From a virus (Duplodnaviria; Heunggongvirae; Uroviricota; Caudoviricetes): a stretch of 64,000 nt of DNA. This document shows, piece after piece, positions 18,154 through 27,145 of this stretch. The DNA lies in IMG/VR virus record IMGVR_UViG_3300033153_006784, positions 10,375 to 74,374 of that record, one strand, 5' to 3'. Every line of letters starts with the position of its first letter. Positions within the stretch are counted from its first letter, which is position 1. Below the pieces are notes generated by a model. That model was not told the origin of the DNA and made no database searches. It saw nothing but the letters and a program-made list of their open reading frames with translations. Position numbers and translations under genes: made by a program.

Positions 18154-19224
18154 ATGTCAGAAATTATATTTTTAGGAGAAGATATTCTTAGTTATCCCAA
18201 CGTAATAGGATACAGCAGACGCTTACAACAAAGAATCAAAAACGGTGTCACTCTAGACGATGGAAAAGAAGTCATACGAATATACGTGGCTAAGAAAATT
18301 CCATTAATACTTTTGAATGGCAATGATATGCTCCCATACTCTATCAACGGAATACCCGTAGATATCGTAGAGATAGGATATCCACACATATTTTCAGATC
18401 CAGACCCGCTACCCAATCAAGGTAAATTTCGACCACTAACTCCGGGTTCTAGTATTGGTAATTGGGGGATTACAGCAGGAACACACGGTTGGTATAGTCA
18501 GAAGAATGGTAGTAGTGAAATCTTACCAGACTCTAACGCTCACGTTCTCGTAGACTTCCCAGATAGAAATGAAGCATACGAGAAGCGTATCGTCCAACCC
18601 GGAAAAGCAGACGGTGGGACACTTACCGACATGATAGGTGTCTACGGATGGCATGATCCAATACTCAGACCAGCAATACCCGAACCACCAGAAACACCTA
18701 GCAATTGCCCTGTAACTAGAGGGATTCAAGGATTCCTCAACGGTACATATAGGGTATTCGGTAGAGAATCACACTGGAAAGCATATACATTATCAGGAGC
18801 TAGCCAACCAATCGCACCAGTAAACCATCACGACTTTGCGGTGATGATTCCAGACAACGAAATCGAAATGAACTTTAATACGGTGGACTTTGATATAACA
18901 GACAAGCACAAGTTTGTTGGAAGAGTGTTCGCAGGAAACATATACGTTTCATTAATGTGTAAAGCAAAATATCAGGTAGCAGCCGGATACCAGCCTTACG
19001 GTGTTGAAGTGTACGATGATTCAGATTTAACTTTCTATAAAACTCACTTAATCAAGAGTGGTAGAACGACAGGGTTAAAAGAGAAATTCTTATGGGACTC
19101 AGATGCAGTTGTATCAATCAACTATGGAGACTTTATCGCAAGATTTGAGGATATCATTATCTGTACTCAGCCATTCAGTGCAGGCGGAGATAGCGGATCA
19201 TCGGTGTGGACTATTGTAGAATAG
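18154..19224 (+). CDS. Putative trypsin-like serine peptidase
   Basis: C-terminal GDSGSSVW (the GDSG serine motif) and a possible His block ITAGTHGW. Otherwise unrecognised. Confidence 0.4.
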   Translation: MSEIIFLGEDILSYPNVIGYSRRLQQRIKNGVTLDDGKEVIRIYVAKKIPLILLNGNDMLPYSINGIPVDIVEIGYPHIFSDPDPLPNQGKFRPLTPGSSIGNWGITAGTHGWYSQKNGSSEILPDSNAHVLVDFPDRNEAYEKRIVQPGKADGGTLTDMIGVYGWHDPILRPAIPEPPETPSNCPVTRGIQGFLNGTYRVFGRESHWKAYTLSGASQPIAPVNHHDFAVMIPDNEIEMNFNTVDFDITDKHKFVGRVFAGNIYVSLMCKAKYQVAAGYQPYGVEVYDDSDLTFYKTHLIKSGRTTGLKEKFLWDSDAVVSINYGDFIARFEDIIICTQPFSAGGDSGSSVWTIVE

Positions 19225-19254
19225 TATCAGAACGATACTACCTCATAGTATCAC

Positions 19255-19268
19255 AACCTTTTTATATA
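19255..19268 (+). promoter_or_regulatory. BRE/TATA-like promoter AACCTTTTTATATA (example of the recurrent motif)
   Basis: The TATA-like box ends about 15 nt before the ATG at 19283, implying a leaderless or short-leader transcript. Confidence 0.5.
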
Positions 19269-19282
19269 ACTATTTATAAGAT

Positions 19283-19726
19283 ATGCTAGGTGTTAGTTTG
19301 AGCGATAAAATATATCACTTTTCAAGTCAAAGTCTTCTTGTAATATTAATTATGATGGGTATTGTAGGATCATGTGTAGGTTACATATTCGGACATACGG
19401 CTGGATACAATAAAGGTTTTGATAAAGGTTATGATGATCTATTTTCAGAAGGAGCTATCTATGCAGAGATACAAATCCAACAAGACATGTATATGTCAGG
19501 AGTGCAAGCTGTACTTGATGATGCGTTAGATCAGTTATATAATGCAGAAGATCATATCTATGAGGTATCAGATCAACGGTTACAATCGTTCGCAAAGTCT
19601 ATGAGAGATAACTTCCTTAACTTAGAAGCAACAACATCTTGGCAAATAGATGAAATGAGAGAATACATTGTTGATCGTTTAGATTTAAATACAACTTGTG
19701 TCTATCCGCCTTGGTGTGATGAATGA
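19283..19726 (+). CDS. Hypothetical membrane-anchored protein
   Basis: N-terminal TM helix. ORF only. Confidence 0.3.
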   Translation: MLGVSLSDKIYHFSSQSLLVILIMMGIVGSCVGYIFGHTAGYNKGFDKGYDDLFSEGAIYAEIQIQQDMYMSGVQAVLDDALDQLYNAEDHIYEVSDQRLQSFAKSMRDNFLNLEATTSWQIDEMREYIVDRLDLNTTCVYPPWCDE

Positions 19727-19882
19727 TGTTATCCGCTCACATAGCGATACAAGCAACACAAAGACAAAGACAACGTAGGAAAAGAATAAGTGAACTAGCT
19801 ACCAACCCAGAACTAAGAAAACTTTTGATAGAAGAGAAAATCATAGAGTAACCTTTTTAAGTGACCTCACCACATCCTTTAT

Positions 19883-20052
19883 AGCCGGAGTAGCACAGTG
19901 GTAGTGCGTCTCCCTTGTAGCGGAGATGGAAAAAGGTAGTAGTCCTTAACACCTTGGTATATAGGTTTTGGAAGTTATGAGACGAACCCACCCTCATATA
20001 TGCCCCGCAAGATAGGAGATGGTCGGGTGTTCGATCCACCCTTCCGGCCCCA
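19883..20052 (+). tRNA. tRNA-Thr (TGT) with an intron of about 95 nt in the anticodon loop, CCA encoded
   Basis: Acceptor gccggag/ttccggc, D-arm gcac-agtggta-gtgc, anticodon stem tctcc with loop ctTGTa. The intron runs about 19919-20013 and begins gcggaga, which is complementary to the anticodon stem. The 3' anticodon stem ggaga follows, then T-arm gggtg-ttcgatc-caccc and CCA. Confidence 0.65.
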
Positions 20053-20056
20053 TTTA

Positions 20057-20130
20057 CGCCTTATGGTTCAATGGTAGAATGTCTCGTTGACATCGAGATG
20101 ATTCCGGTTCGATTCCGGGTAGGGCGACCA
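20057..20130 (+). tRNA. tRNA-Val (GAC), CCA encoded
   Basis: Acceptor cgcctta/tagggcg, D-arm gttc-aatggta-gaat, anticodon arm tctcg-ttGACat-cgaga, T-arm tccgg-ttcgatt-ccggg, CCA. Confidence 0.8.
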
Positions 20131-20165
20131 TAACCTTTATATATGAATTTAAATACATAAAAGAT

Positions 20166-20489
20166 ATGAGACTCAAAGACAATACTGATAGTGAAGCTGT
20201 TCAATTTCTCAGGAAATATGTAACAGATACACATGAAGAATACTACAAAATATTGTTGCGAGATGTTGAAACTTGGGATGCTTGGGATCGAACATACGCT
20301 GAATATTACAGTCCTAAACATTGGAAAGAAGCAGACATGCAAGCATTGTGTGTAGAAGCACATCAGATTTGTTGGGACACAGGAGATTTCGGTGAATCAA
20401 AACTAACATTTGTGTATGAACTGGTCAAAAAAAGAGGTTGGAGAGTCGTACTCGAAACGTTTAAATGTACGAAAGAACACTCACATTAG
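20166..20489 (+). CDS. Hypothetical protein
   Basis: ORF only. Confidence 0.35.
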   Translation: MRLKDNTDSEAVQFLRKYVTDTHEEYYKILLRDVETWDAWDRTYAEYYSPKHWKEADMQALCVEAHQICWDTGDFGESKLTFVYELVKKRGWRVVLETFKCTKEHSH

Positions 20490-20490
20490 A

Positions 20491-20567
20491 AGCCCAGTGG
20501 CCAAGTTGGAAAGGCTCCTCCCTGATAAGGAGGTAATGCGACGGTTCAAATCCGTCTTGGGCTACCA
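20491..20567 (+). tRNA. tRNA-Ile (GAT), CCA encoded
   Basis: Acceptor agcccag/ttgggct, anticodon arm cctcc-ctGATaa-ggagg, T-arm gacgg-ttcaaat-ccgtc, CCA. Confidence 0.8.
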
Positions 20568-20572
20568 CTCGA

Positions 20573-20647
20573 AGCCCTATAGCTTAATGGAAAAGTGCTC
20601 TCCTTATAAGGGAGTGAGTATCGGTTCGATTCCGGTTAGGGCTACCA
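20573..20647 (+). tRNA. tRNA-Ile (TAT, AUA-decoding), CCA encoded
   Basis: Acceptor agcccta/tagggct (perfect), anticodon arm ctctc-ctTATaa-gggag, T-arm atcgg-ttcgatt-ccggt, CCA. Confidence 0.65.
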
Positions 20648-20683
20648 CAATCTTTTTATAGAGGCAATGGTATAATAAAATTA

Positions 20684-21286
20684 ATGCAAAATTCTGTTAA
20701 AAAGTGGAGCAAGAATGCCGAGCAAAATTGGGTCGGACTCCGTGAAGGAAAAATAAACGAAGGTTTTCGAAGATATGATTGGATTCTTGAAAGGATGCCT
20801 CCACCACCTGCGAAAGTTTTAGAAATAGGTATCAGTTCTGGAGAAGCGTTGGCAAGATTAGCCGACAAGGGTTATGAATGTACTGGTATTGATCAAGAAA
20901 GTGAAATCACGATGTTATTCAACAGAGAGTTGGATCATCCAAAGATTAAATATTATGGAATGAATATGGATATACCACCGTTGTACAATCCAAAAGATGA
21001 GGAATTTATGAATCAATTTGATGTCGTGATAATTTGTGAAGTGTTGCAACATTTAATATTTGATGTGAATCTATTGTATTTGGCATGGTCTTATTTAAAA
21101 GATGATGGACATCTATTCATAACAACAGAAAATAAGAGGCTAGTAAAACATTCAGTGCGTTATTATCCCGACAAAATTATATTAAAAATGCTTGAAGTTC
21201 TACAGTACAAAACAAAAGAACACACTACACAAGGACAAACGAATTACATCTGGGTGCATGCCCAGAAAGTTCCGAATGCCGACTAA
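20684..21286 (+). CDS. Class I SAM-dependent methyltransferase
   Basis: VLEIGISSGEALARLADKGYECTGID (motif I plus the acidic loop). Confidence 0.65.
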   Translation: MQNSVKKWSKNAEQNWVGLREGKINEGFRRYDWILERMPPPPAKVLEIGISSGEALARLADKGYECTGIDQESEITMLFNRELDHPKIKYYGMNMDIPPLYNPKDEEFMNQFDVVIICEVLQHLIFDVNLLYLAWSYLKDDGHLFITTENKRLVKHSVRYYPDKIILKMLEVLQYKTKEHTTQGQTNYIWVHAQKVPNAD

Positions 21287-21428
21287 CTCTCTACCAATAA
21301 CCCATTGGGTATGTGAGAGATGTGGAAAAACAGCAAAGACATTTACAGCACCTTATCCTAAATGTTGCAAAATGGAAATGAAATGGTTATTTACTAGAGA
21401 TGAAGCTGTTTATGACCAAAAGACTTAA
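21258..21428 (+). CDS. Small zinc-ribbon protein
   Basis: CERCGK...CCK motif. The ORF track's frame starts at 21192 and overlaps the upstream gene, so the in-frame ATG at 21258 is preferred. Confidence 0.35.
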   Translation: MPRKFRMPTNSLPITHWVCERCGKTAKTFTAPYPKCCKMEMKWLFTRDEAVYDQKT

Positions 21429-21451
21429 ATACTACCTTTACCTTTAGTAAA

Positions 21452-22873
21452 GTGTGCTGTACTAGAATGAAAGTAGCAGACTTTGTAGGAATAGAATTAG
21501 GAACTCCTTGGAAACTAAACAACAGTTCAAGGGGTACTGTAATACCAGTTCTTTTACGAGAAGGATTTAGATTCGACAGAAGTTATTTACTTAACACTGA
21601 AGCTGAAGCAGATGTATCTATTAAAGATACGGGAAGCATCAATAGAGTTAGAGTAACAAACAGTTCTGATATGTATATCTTTTTCAGAAAAGGAACAATA
21701 TTTGAGGGTAAAACTCAAGAAAGAACAGTTGTTAATAGCGTGGCTGTACCTCCACATACCAGTGTAAACGTCAATGTTAGATGTGTTCACTCGTCCAAGC
21801 CAATATTCGGTGGTACTATCATGTATGCAATGAGTGCCTTGGCTCCGTTACATGTTGAAAAGACATTAACAAGCAAAGGAAATCAGAGCGATACATGGAG
21901 ATCAATATCTAGCGGAGGATCTGGTGGAGAGACAACATCTGATAATGAAAGATATCGAAGTAACTCAGGTATATCTTCTACACACGCTGGATCGAGAACT
22001 TACGGTTTGGTAGGTAGTAATTACTTTAGACCAAGACCGATGCCGATGCCATTTCCAACGATAGTTAGTGACGACCTTGTAACTAGACTAAAAAATTCAG
22101 ATTCAAGTAAGATAGATGAGATACTAAAGAAAATGCCAGCGAACCATGAAAGACAAATAGGAATGTTTGTAATTGAATGGAAAAGTATCAAGGCATTAGA
22201 AATGTTCGATCATCCTGACGCATGGGAAGCATTGTCTCAACAAGTTACTAAAAACTATGCTGATATACTAAATTCAATCCATAAAGATGAAAAGAAAGGA
22301 CAATTATCTGATGAAGATGCAATAAGAATGTGTCAAGCCTTCTTAGCAGATTTCCAAGTATCCATTGGATCAAGAGTGTTCAAGGCTGATAATGTCGCAA
22401 CATACGAAATCAGTAACAACAAACTAACCGGAGAATTTACAATCATCGATGATATGATGGTACACCTTATAGGTAAGCCGTCACATGTTTGGAGATACGA
22501 TAAAAAGAAAACCAAAACACGACCCATTGTACAACCTCACCCTTTTGCTAGACGCACTACTTCGAGAAGATATGGAGCATCAGTAGTGCCTAGTGCGATT
22601 AGTGCTCATCACACAGTCAAATTCATGACAATGAAGAGAGGATACATGACTCTAGCAACACTTCAAAATAATAACCAAGGATTGACCTTTACAGAATTAT
22701 TAAAGGAAACCGGTATGTCTTCAAGGACAGTAGATAGAGGATTAAGTGAAGCTCAAGACCTCGATCTAGTAGAAAAACTTGTTCGTGTAGGTAATGGACA
22801 ACCTGTTTACAAACTGACAAATGCTGGCAGAGATTTAGACCCAAAAAAGTTTAAAGCCTACTATTCCCAATAG
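21452..22873 (+). CDS. Hypothetical protein with Gly/Ser-rich linker and C-terminal winged-helix-like DNA-binding domain
   Basis: C-terminus LTFTELLKETGMSSRTVDRGLSEAQDLDLVEKLVRVGNGQPVYKLT resembles wHTH regulators. Confidence 0.4.
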   Translation: MCCTRMKVADFVGIELGTPWKLNNSSRGTVIPVLLREGFRFDRSYLLNTEAEADVSIKDTGSINRVRVTNSSDMYIFFRKGTIFEGKTQERTVVNSVAVPPHTSVNVNVRCVHSSKPIFGGTIMYAMSALAPLHVEKTLTSKGNQSDTWRSISSGGSGGETTSDNERYRSNSGISSTHAGSRTYGLVGSNYFRPRPMPMPFPTIVSDDLVTRLKNSDSSKIDEILKKMPANHERQIGMFVIEWKSIKALEMFDHPDAWEALSQQVTKNYADILNSIHKDEKKGQLSDEDAIRMCQAFLADFQVSIGSRVFKADNVATYEISNNKLTGEFTIIDDMMVHLIGKPSHVWRYDKKKTKTRPIVQPHPFARRTTSRRYGASVVPSAISAHHTVKFMTMKRGYMTLATLQNNNQGLTFTELLKETGMSSRTVDRGLSEAQDLDLVEKLVRVGNGQPVYKLTNAGRDLDPKKFKAYYSQ

Positions 22874-22908
22874 AAATACTTATAAATAACCCTACCCTTT
22901 TTTTATAT

Positions 22909-23016
22909 ATGAAAATACCTAGTCTTACATACAAAGAAGTAGATGGTAAACTTGTTCTTGTTAAATCAGAAATGATTGAACTCGACACCGAAACCTTTTT
23001 AAAGCTAAATATGTAA
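22909..23016 (+). CDS. Small ORF (35 aa) downstream of a consensus promoter
   Basis: ATG 13 nt after cccttttttttatatat. No similarity assessed. Confidence 0.2.
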   Translation: MKIPSLTYKEVDGKLVLVKSEMIELDTETFLKLNM

Positions 23017-23025
23017 TAATAATTT

Positions 23026-23102
23026 AGTCCTATCGTCTAGTGGACAAGGATACCGGGCTTTGAACCCGGAGATCGTGAGTTCGAATCTCTCTAGGACTAC
23101 CA
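23026..23102 (+). tRNA. tRNA-Gln (TTG), CCA encoded
   Basis: Acceptor agtccta/taggact (perfect), anticodon arm ccggg-ctTTGaa-cccgg, T-loop ttcgaat, CCA. Confidence 0.75.
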
Positions 23103-23142
23103 CTCACCAATACCTTTAAATATAACATTTTATATAATCTGT

Positions 23143-23592
23143 ATGATTAAGATGAACTGGATTACATCATACCTAGCCGTAGGAGACTTTGACGACCTGC
23201 GTAGAACTGAAAACCTCAGAAAAAATGTGGACGCTGTCATAGATATTCGAGATGCTTTTTATATTACTGGCGATAATGTTTGGACTATTGATGCTGGATT
23301 AGCGTTTGGATATGTCACTATGATTGATTCTATGACATCAAAGAAAAAGAAAGTAATGATACATTGTCAAGGAGGAATAGATCGTTCTCCATTTATCGCT
23401 GCACTTTATCTAGTTCATAGAAAAGAAAACCCAATGAATGAGGAAGATGCTTACGAACTTGTCAAACAGAAAAGACCACAGACATTTAAACACTTAGAAT
23501 GGTTTAGTCAAATTCGTGATGCTATGGAAGAGGTAAATACTGATGTTGAAATTGAGGTAGATACTGATGTCGAAATTGACACTGAATTATGA
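23143..23592 (+). CDS. Dual-specificity (Tyr/Ser/Thr) protein phosphatase
   Basis: CX5R P-loop VMIHCQGGIDRSPFIAALYL. Confidence 0.85.
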   Translation: MIKMNWITSYLAVGDFDDLRRTENLRKNVDAVIDIRDAFYITGDNVWTIDAGLAFGYVTMIDSMTSKKKKVMIHCQGGIDRSPFIAALYLVHRKENPMNEEDAYELVKQKRPQTFKHLEWFSQIRDAMEEVNTDVEIEVDTDVEIDTEL

Positions 23593-24379
23593 TAAATTTT
23601 CATTTGATGTAGATCCAAAAGACCTGTTATTCTTAGCTGTCAGTGGATCACACTCATACGGAACCAATAAACCTGACTCTGACTTGGATTTGCGAGGTGT
23701 TTTCATGCCCTCATTCCGAGACGCTATTCAAATTCAAGGCTCATCAATGAAAACAGAATTTTACAAACTTACACCGGACATAGATGTAGAATTTGTACCT
23801 ATTAGAAAGTGGCTTCAAATATTGCTCAAAGGTAATGGAAACTATTTAGAGAACCTATGGCAAACAAAAGTATATCCAAGATCACGACTTGTATATTACA
23901 AAAAAGAAGCAGGAAAAGAAAGAGACATCATCAAGTTAAAACAGCTAGTCATGCAATATGGTCTATCAAAGAAATTCAGAAACCATTATATAGGATTCGC
24001 AAAGTCTCAACAAAAAGACTTCTTCCAAAAGTATAAGACAAAATGTTTACTGTATGTATATAGAGTATTGTTATCAGGTATTATACTATATAAACGTGGC
24101 GTGGTAGAATTTAATCTCCCGAAGATAATCAACACACCAGAATATAGAGTATGTTATCCTATAAGTGTTACAAAACATGTAGACCTGTTACTAAGTAACT
24201 TTGACAATGAAAAATCACTCGTAAATGATATCTTTAAAAGTAGAGTACAAACTGACTTTGACGAATTAGAACACACATTAAATATGTATGCTGATGCAAG
24301 TGATTTGCCCGACAAACCAAACTATGAACCATTCAACGATTGGTTAGAGAACTGGTATTTATCAGAACGCCAATCGTAA
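23567..24379 (+). CDS. Pol-beta-superfamily nucleotidyltransferase
   Basis: hG[GS]x9-13DhD motif LFLAVSGSHSYGTNKPDSDLDLRGVF. Confidence 0.55.
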   Translation: MSKLTLNYDKFSFDVDPKDLLFLAVSGSHSYGTNKPDSDLDLRGVFMPSFRDAIQIQGSSMKTEFYKLTPDIDVEFVPIRKWLQILLKGNGNYLENLWQTKVYPRSRLVYYKKEAGKERDIIKLKQLVMQYGLSKKFRNHYIGFAKSQQKDFFQKYKTKCLLYVYRVLLSGIILYKRGVVEFNLPKIINTPEYRVCYPISVTKHVDLLLSNFDNEKSLVNDIFKSRVQTDFDELEHTLNMYADASDLPDKPNYEPFNDWLENWYLSERQS

Positions 24380-24415
24380 CATTTATTAATAACTAACATA
24401 TAAGTATTGTATAGA

Positions 24416-24577
24416 ATGACTAAGACAACAATAGCAATAATTCAAGAGTCTAGGAAATCCTTGGGTAAAATTAAATGTGAATTAGAAAGACGTAGTGGTG
24501 GTAGGTTTGTAGATATGGATGAAGTTGTCCAGTATCTATTAGACAACATGCCGTCTGATATGCAAGACTTACTTTAA
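24416..24577 (+). CDS. Small ORF (53 aa), hypothetical
   Basis: Complete ATG-to-stop frame in an otherwise empty 240-nt gap. Below the ORF-track size cut-off. Confidence 0.25.
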   Translation: MTKTTIAIIQESRKSLGKIKCELERRSGGRFVDMDEVVQYLLDNMPSDMQDLL

Positions 24578-24618
24578 CCGAAGGTTTTAATAGACACTAA
24601 AACTATAATTAAAGCACA

Positions 24619-25158
24619 ATGGGAAGAGATTACAAATCTGCAATTCGTAGAAGTTTTGATACTGACATTGACGCACTTAGAACTATAGATCCTACACACG
24701 GTATGATACATAGAGGTAGACACCTTAATAGGGATATTTATAGTAGCGACATTGACACATCACAAGGAAGTAGAATTGCGTTTTTATCTACGAAAGAAGC
24801 CCACGTATTACCTATTGGTAACTGGTCTGCTGGTTCTAGGTTGGAGATTTGGGAAGATGTCACACTCACAAGTACAGGTGTAGCTTTAACTAGCTATAAT
24901 AGTAAAAGAAGTAGCACCTATGTTCAGGGATTGACCGTGTTCTCAGGTATTGCAATTTATGATATATCTAAAAGTGGTACAAACATTAGAACGTACTACG
25001 ATGGTTCAGCAGGTGGAGGGCCTAATAAAAACTCTGGTACTGTTAGAGCTAATGAAATAGAAATCTTAGAAGATATTTACTACATAGCTTGGTTAATTCC
25101 AGATGCAGATAATACAAAAGGCGTAGTCGGTGTAGACTGGTACGAACCAGAAAAATAG
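24619..25158 (+). CDS. Hypothetical protein
   Basis: ORF only. Confidence 0.3.
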   Translation: MGRDYKSAIRRSFDTDIDALRTIDPTHGMIHRGRHLNRDIYSSDIDTSQGSRIAFLSTKEAHVLPIGNWSAGSRLEIWEDVTLTSTGVALTSYNSKRSSTYVQGLTVFSGIAIYDISKSGTNIRTYYDGSAGGGPNKNSGTVRANEIEILEDIYYIAWLIPDADNTKGVVGVDWYEPEK

Positions 25159-25219
25159 CACCATCCATCTTTTTTTCCGATAGCTTTAAATACTAATACA
25201 TATTATATTATTTCCGGTA

Positions 25220-25561
25220 ATGAATATGTATAATGATAATGAATTTCATTATGGATTTCAATTTAGCCCGATAGCCTCTAGTGACAAAGGAGTAGCGATA
25301 GTTAAAGCTACACCTGAAGATGTGTGGAATGCTATATATGAAAAAACATTAGCCTATGATACAGAGGTATTAGGTAAAATAATAATTACTCCTTTGGAAG
25401 TGACATACATAGTCTATACACCAAAACTGATACGTGACGGGAACGATTGGAGAGATCACCTTAAAATAAATACAAGAAAGGTAGATCACAAAGATGCAAA
25501 CATCTTAAACAAGGCGTTGTACAAAATAAACAAGCCTATTTACGATCTCTTACCTTCTTAG
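25220..25561 (+). CDS. Hypothetical protein
   Basis: ORF only. Confidence 0.3.
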   Translation: MNMYNDNEFHYGFQFSPIASSDKGVAIVKATPEDVWNAIYEKTLAYDTEVLGKIIITPLEVTYIVYTPKLIRDGNDWRDHLKINTRKVDHKDANILNKALYKINKPIYDLLPS

Positions 25562-26129
25562 GTGTGCTCAATATATCTAATATTGAACCCGTATTATTTC
25601 TTTTTTCGTAAGTATCTTTAATAGCCGAATAGTCTTTAAGTACACTGGTCATTCTTTTAGCAATCCTAGAAGACACTTCATGTAACTCTAAGTTTTCATA
25701 TCCATTCTCTGTATCAAAATATGGTTCTAATTTTCTGTATCGTTGCATTTCTGTTTGAACTATTTCTTCTGCAAATGTTTTTATACTGTTAAGTGAATCT
25801 AAATTGATATCAGTTTTCAATTGATAGTCACATACTTTCTTTCCTTCCTCATGATATTTACATCCGTCTGCTAATGCACATTTATCGCACTCTTTTCTAG
25901 TCTTAGTATAGAATCCATGTTTCTCATTGGGAGGCCCTGATCGTGCTTCTCTTGCTATTTTTAATTGATCTAATAATACTTGTCTATCTGGTCTATGTGC
26001 ATTGCAAAATCTACTGCCTCTTCTCTTTACTGCTCTACATTGTTCGCCTACTCTTATGTGATCTTCCGGGTATATATGTTCACAAAACTGTTCTGGCTTT
26101 AGTTTCTTACGTGGGTTTCTTTTGCTCAT
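25536..26129 (-). CDS. Cys-rich basic protein (possible Zn-binding regulator); one of two clearly reverse-strand protein genes
   Basis: 197-aa minus-strand ORF with no competing plus ORF. Cys clusters CEHIY...CRAV...CNAH and CDKCALADGCKYHEEGKKVC. The divergent intergenic region contains a TATA element. Confidence 0.45.
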   Translation of the reverse strand: MSKRNPRKKLKPEQFCEHIYPEDHIRVGEQCRAVKRRGSRFCNAHRPDRQVLLDQLKIAREARSGPPNEKHGFYTKTRKECDKCALADGCKYHEEGKKVCDYQLKTDINLDSLNSIKTFAEEIVQTEMQRYRKLEPYFDTENGYENLELHEVSSRIAKRMTSVLKDYSAIKDTYEKRNNTGSILDILSTPKKVRDRK

Positions 26130-26219
26130 TACTATACTAAAACCATTACTTCTTAATAAAAGTACCGTTCTGTATAGGTTTATAAGCGGAATGTTTATAT
26201 ATAAGTTTTTATAACTATA

Positions 26220-26429
26220 TTGTTAATGAGTAATCCTAGACAGAACCCTTTAAGAATTAGACGAAAATCAAAGAAAGAATTTTCTAGAGTCGCATCAATT
26301 TTGGACAGTAGAATTGAAGCAATTGAAATTAAACAAGCAGAGATAGATGCACGATTAGATGCTTTAGAAAGTAAAAAAAGAAAAAGAGGAAGACCAAAGA
26401 AAGTCGAAAAACCTGAACCAAAGGAATAA
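26220..26429 (+). CDS. Small basic coiled-coil protein with AT-hook-like C-terminus
   Basis: KKRKRGRPKKVEKPEPKE (GRP AT-hook core). Confidence 0.4.
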   Translation: MLMSNPRQNPLRIRRKSKKEFSRVASILDSRIEAIEIKQAEIDARLDALESKKRKRGRPKKVEKPEPKE

Positions 26430-26434
26430 TAACA

Positions 26435-27145
26435 ATGGTTCAAGCAATAATTCTTGCAGCCGGAGGAGGAGCAAGACTATACCCTCTCACAGATGTTATC
26501 CCGAAAATTATGGTGCCTGTAGGTGTTGAACAATATCCACTAGCACACATGATAGTAGATCACTGTATGGATCACGGTATAACTGAGTTTTTATTTTGCT
26601 TGAATGACCAAAGCGGTAAACAAGTCATGAATTATCTTGGCAACGGTGCAAGATTTGGTTGTAATGTTCAATATTCGTTTAGCTCTGAACCACAAGGCAC
26701 AGCAGGAGAGTTAAAGCTAGCGTGGGAAAAAGGATTAGTACAAACTCCTGCAATAATTTATTATGGAGACACTTTATGTTCAACTAATCTGAGTCTCATG
26801 ATGCAGATGCATGAAAAAAGAGATGCAGATGTTTCTATTGTCATTAAACAAGTTCGAATAGCCGTCGGTTACATTGAAGATGACAAAGATGGAAACGTTA
26901 TGAAGATAGTAGAAAAACCTCACATTGGAGACATGGTTAAAAATGCTGGAGGTGTCCTACCCATTTTCTACGTTGAAGATGATGAATTTTTCATGGTCTT
27001 TTGTAGAAGAGACACCGATGTTATGCGAGATGTCTTCCCTATAATGATCCAAAACAGTTATAAGTTAGTAACGTTCCGTGATACACAGCCGTTCCTTGAC
27101 TTGGGGAATTGGAAAAATTATGAGAAGGCTAAAAAATGGGTATGA
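26435..27145 (+). CDS. Sugar-1-phosphate nucleotidyltransferase (G1P thymidylyl/uridylyl-transferase family)
   Basis: N-terminal AIILAAGGGARLYPLT (the GxGxRL motif of NDP-sugar pyrophosphorylases). Confidence 0.8.
   Translation: MVQAIILAAGGGARLYPLTDVIPKIMVPVGVEQYPLAHMIVDHCMDHGITEFLFCLNDQSGKQVMNYLGNGARFGCNVQYSFSSEPQGTAGELKLAWEKGLVQTPAIIYYGDTLCSTNLSLMMQMHEKRDADVSIVIKQVRIAVGYIEDDKDGNVMKIVEKPHIGDMVKNAGGVLPIFYVEDDEFFMVFCRRDTDVMRDVFPIMIQNSYKLVTFRDTQPFLDLGNWKNYEKAKKWV

Noticed and set aside
17958-18191. 77-aa plus-strand ORF
   Set aside because: It is composed almost entirely of the tRNA-like element and tRNA-Trp sequence, so it is a spurious reading through RNA genes.
20061-20363. 100-aa minus-strand ORF
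   Set aside because: It overlaps tRNA-Val and the start of a + strand gene and has Cys/Phe-rich composition typical of antisense AT-rich sequence.
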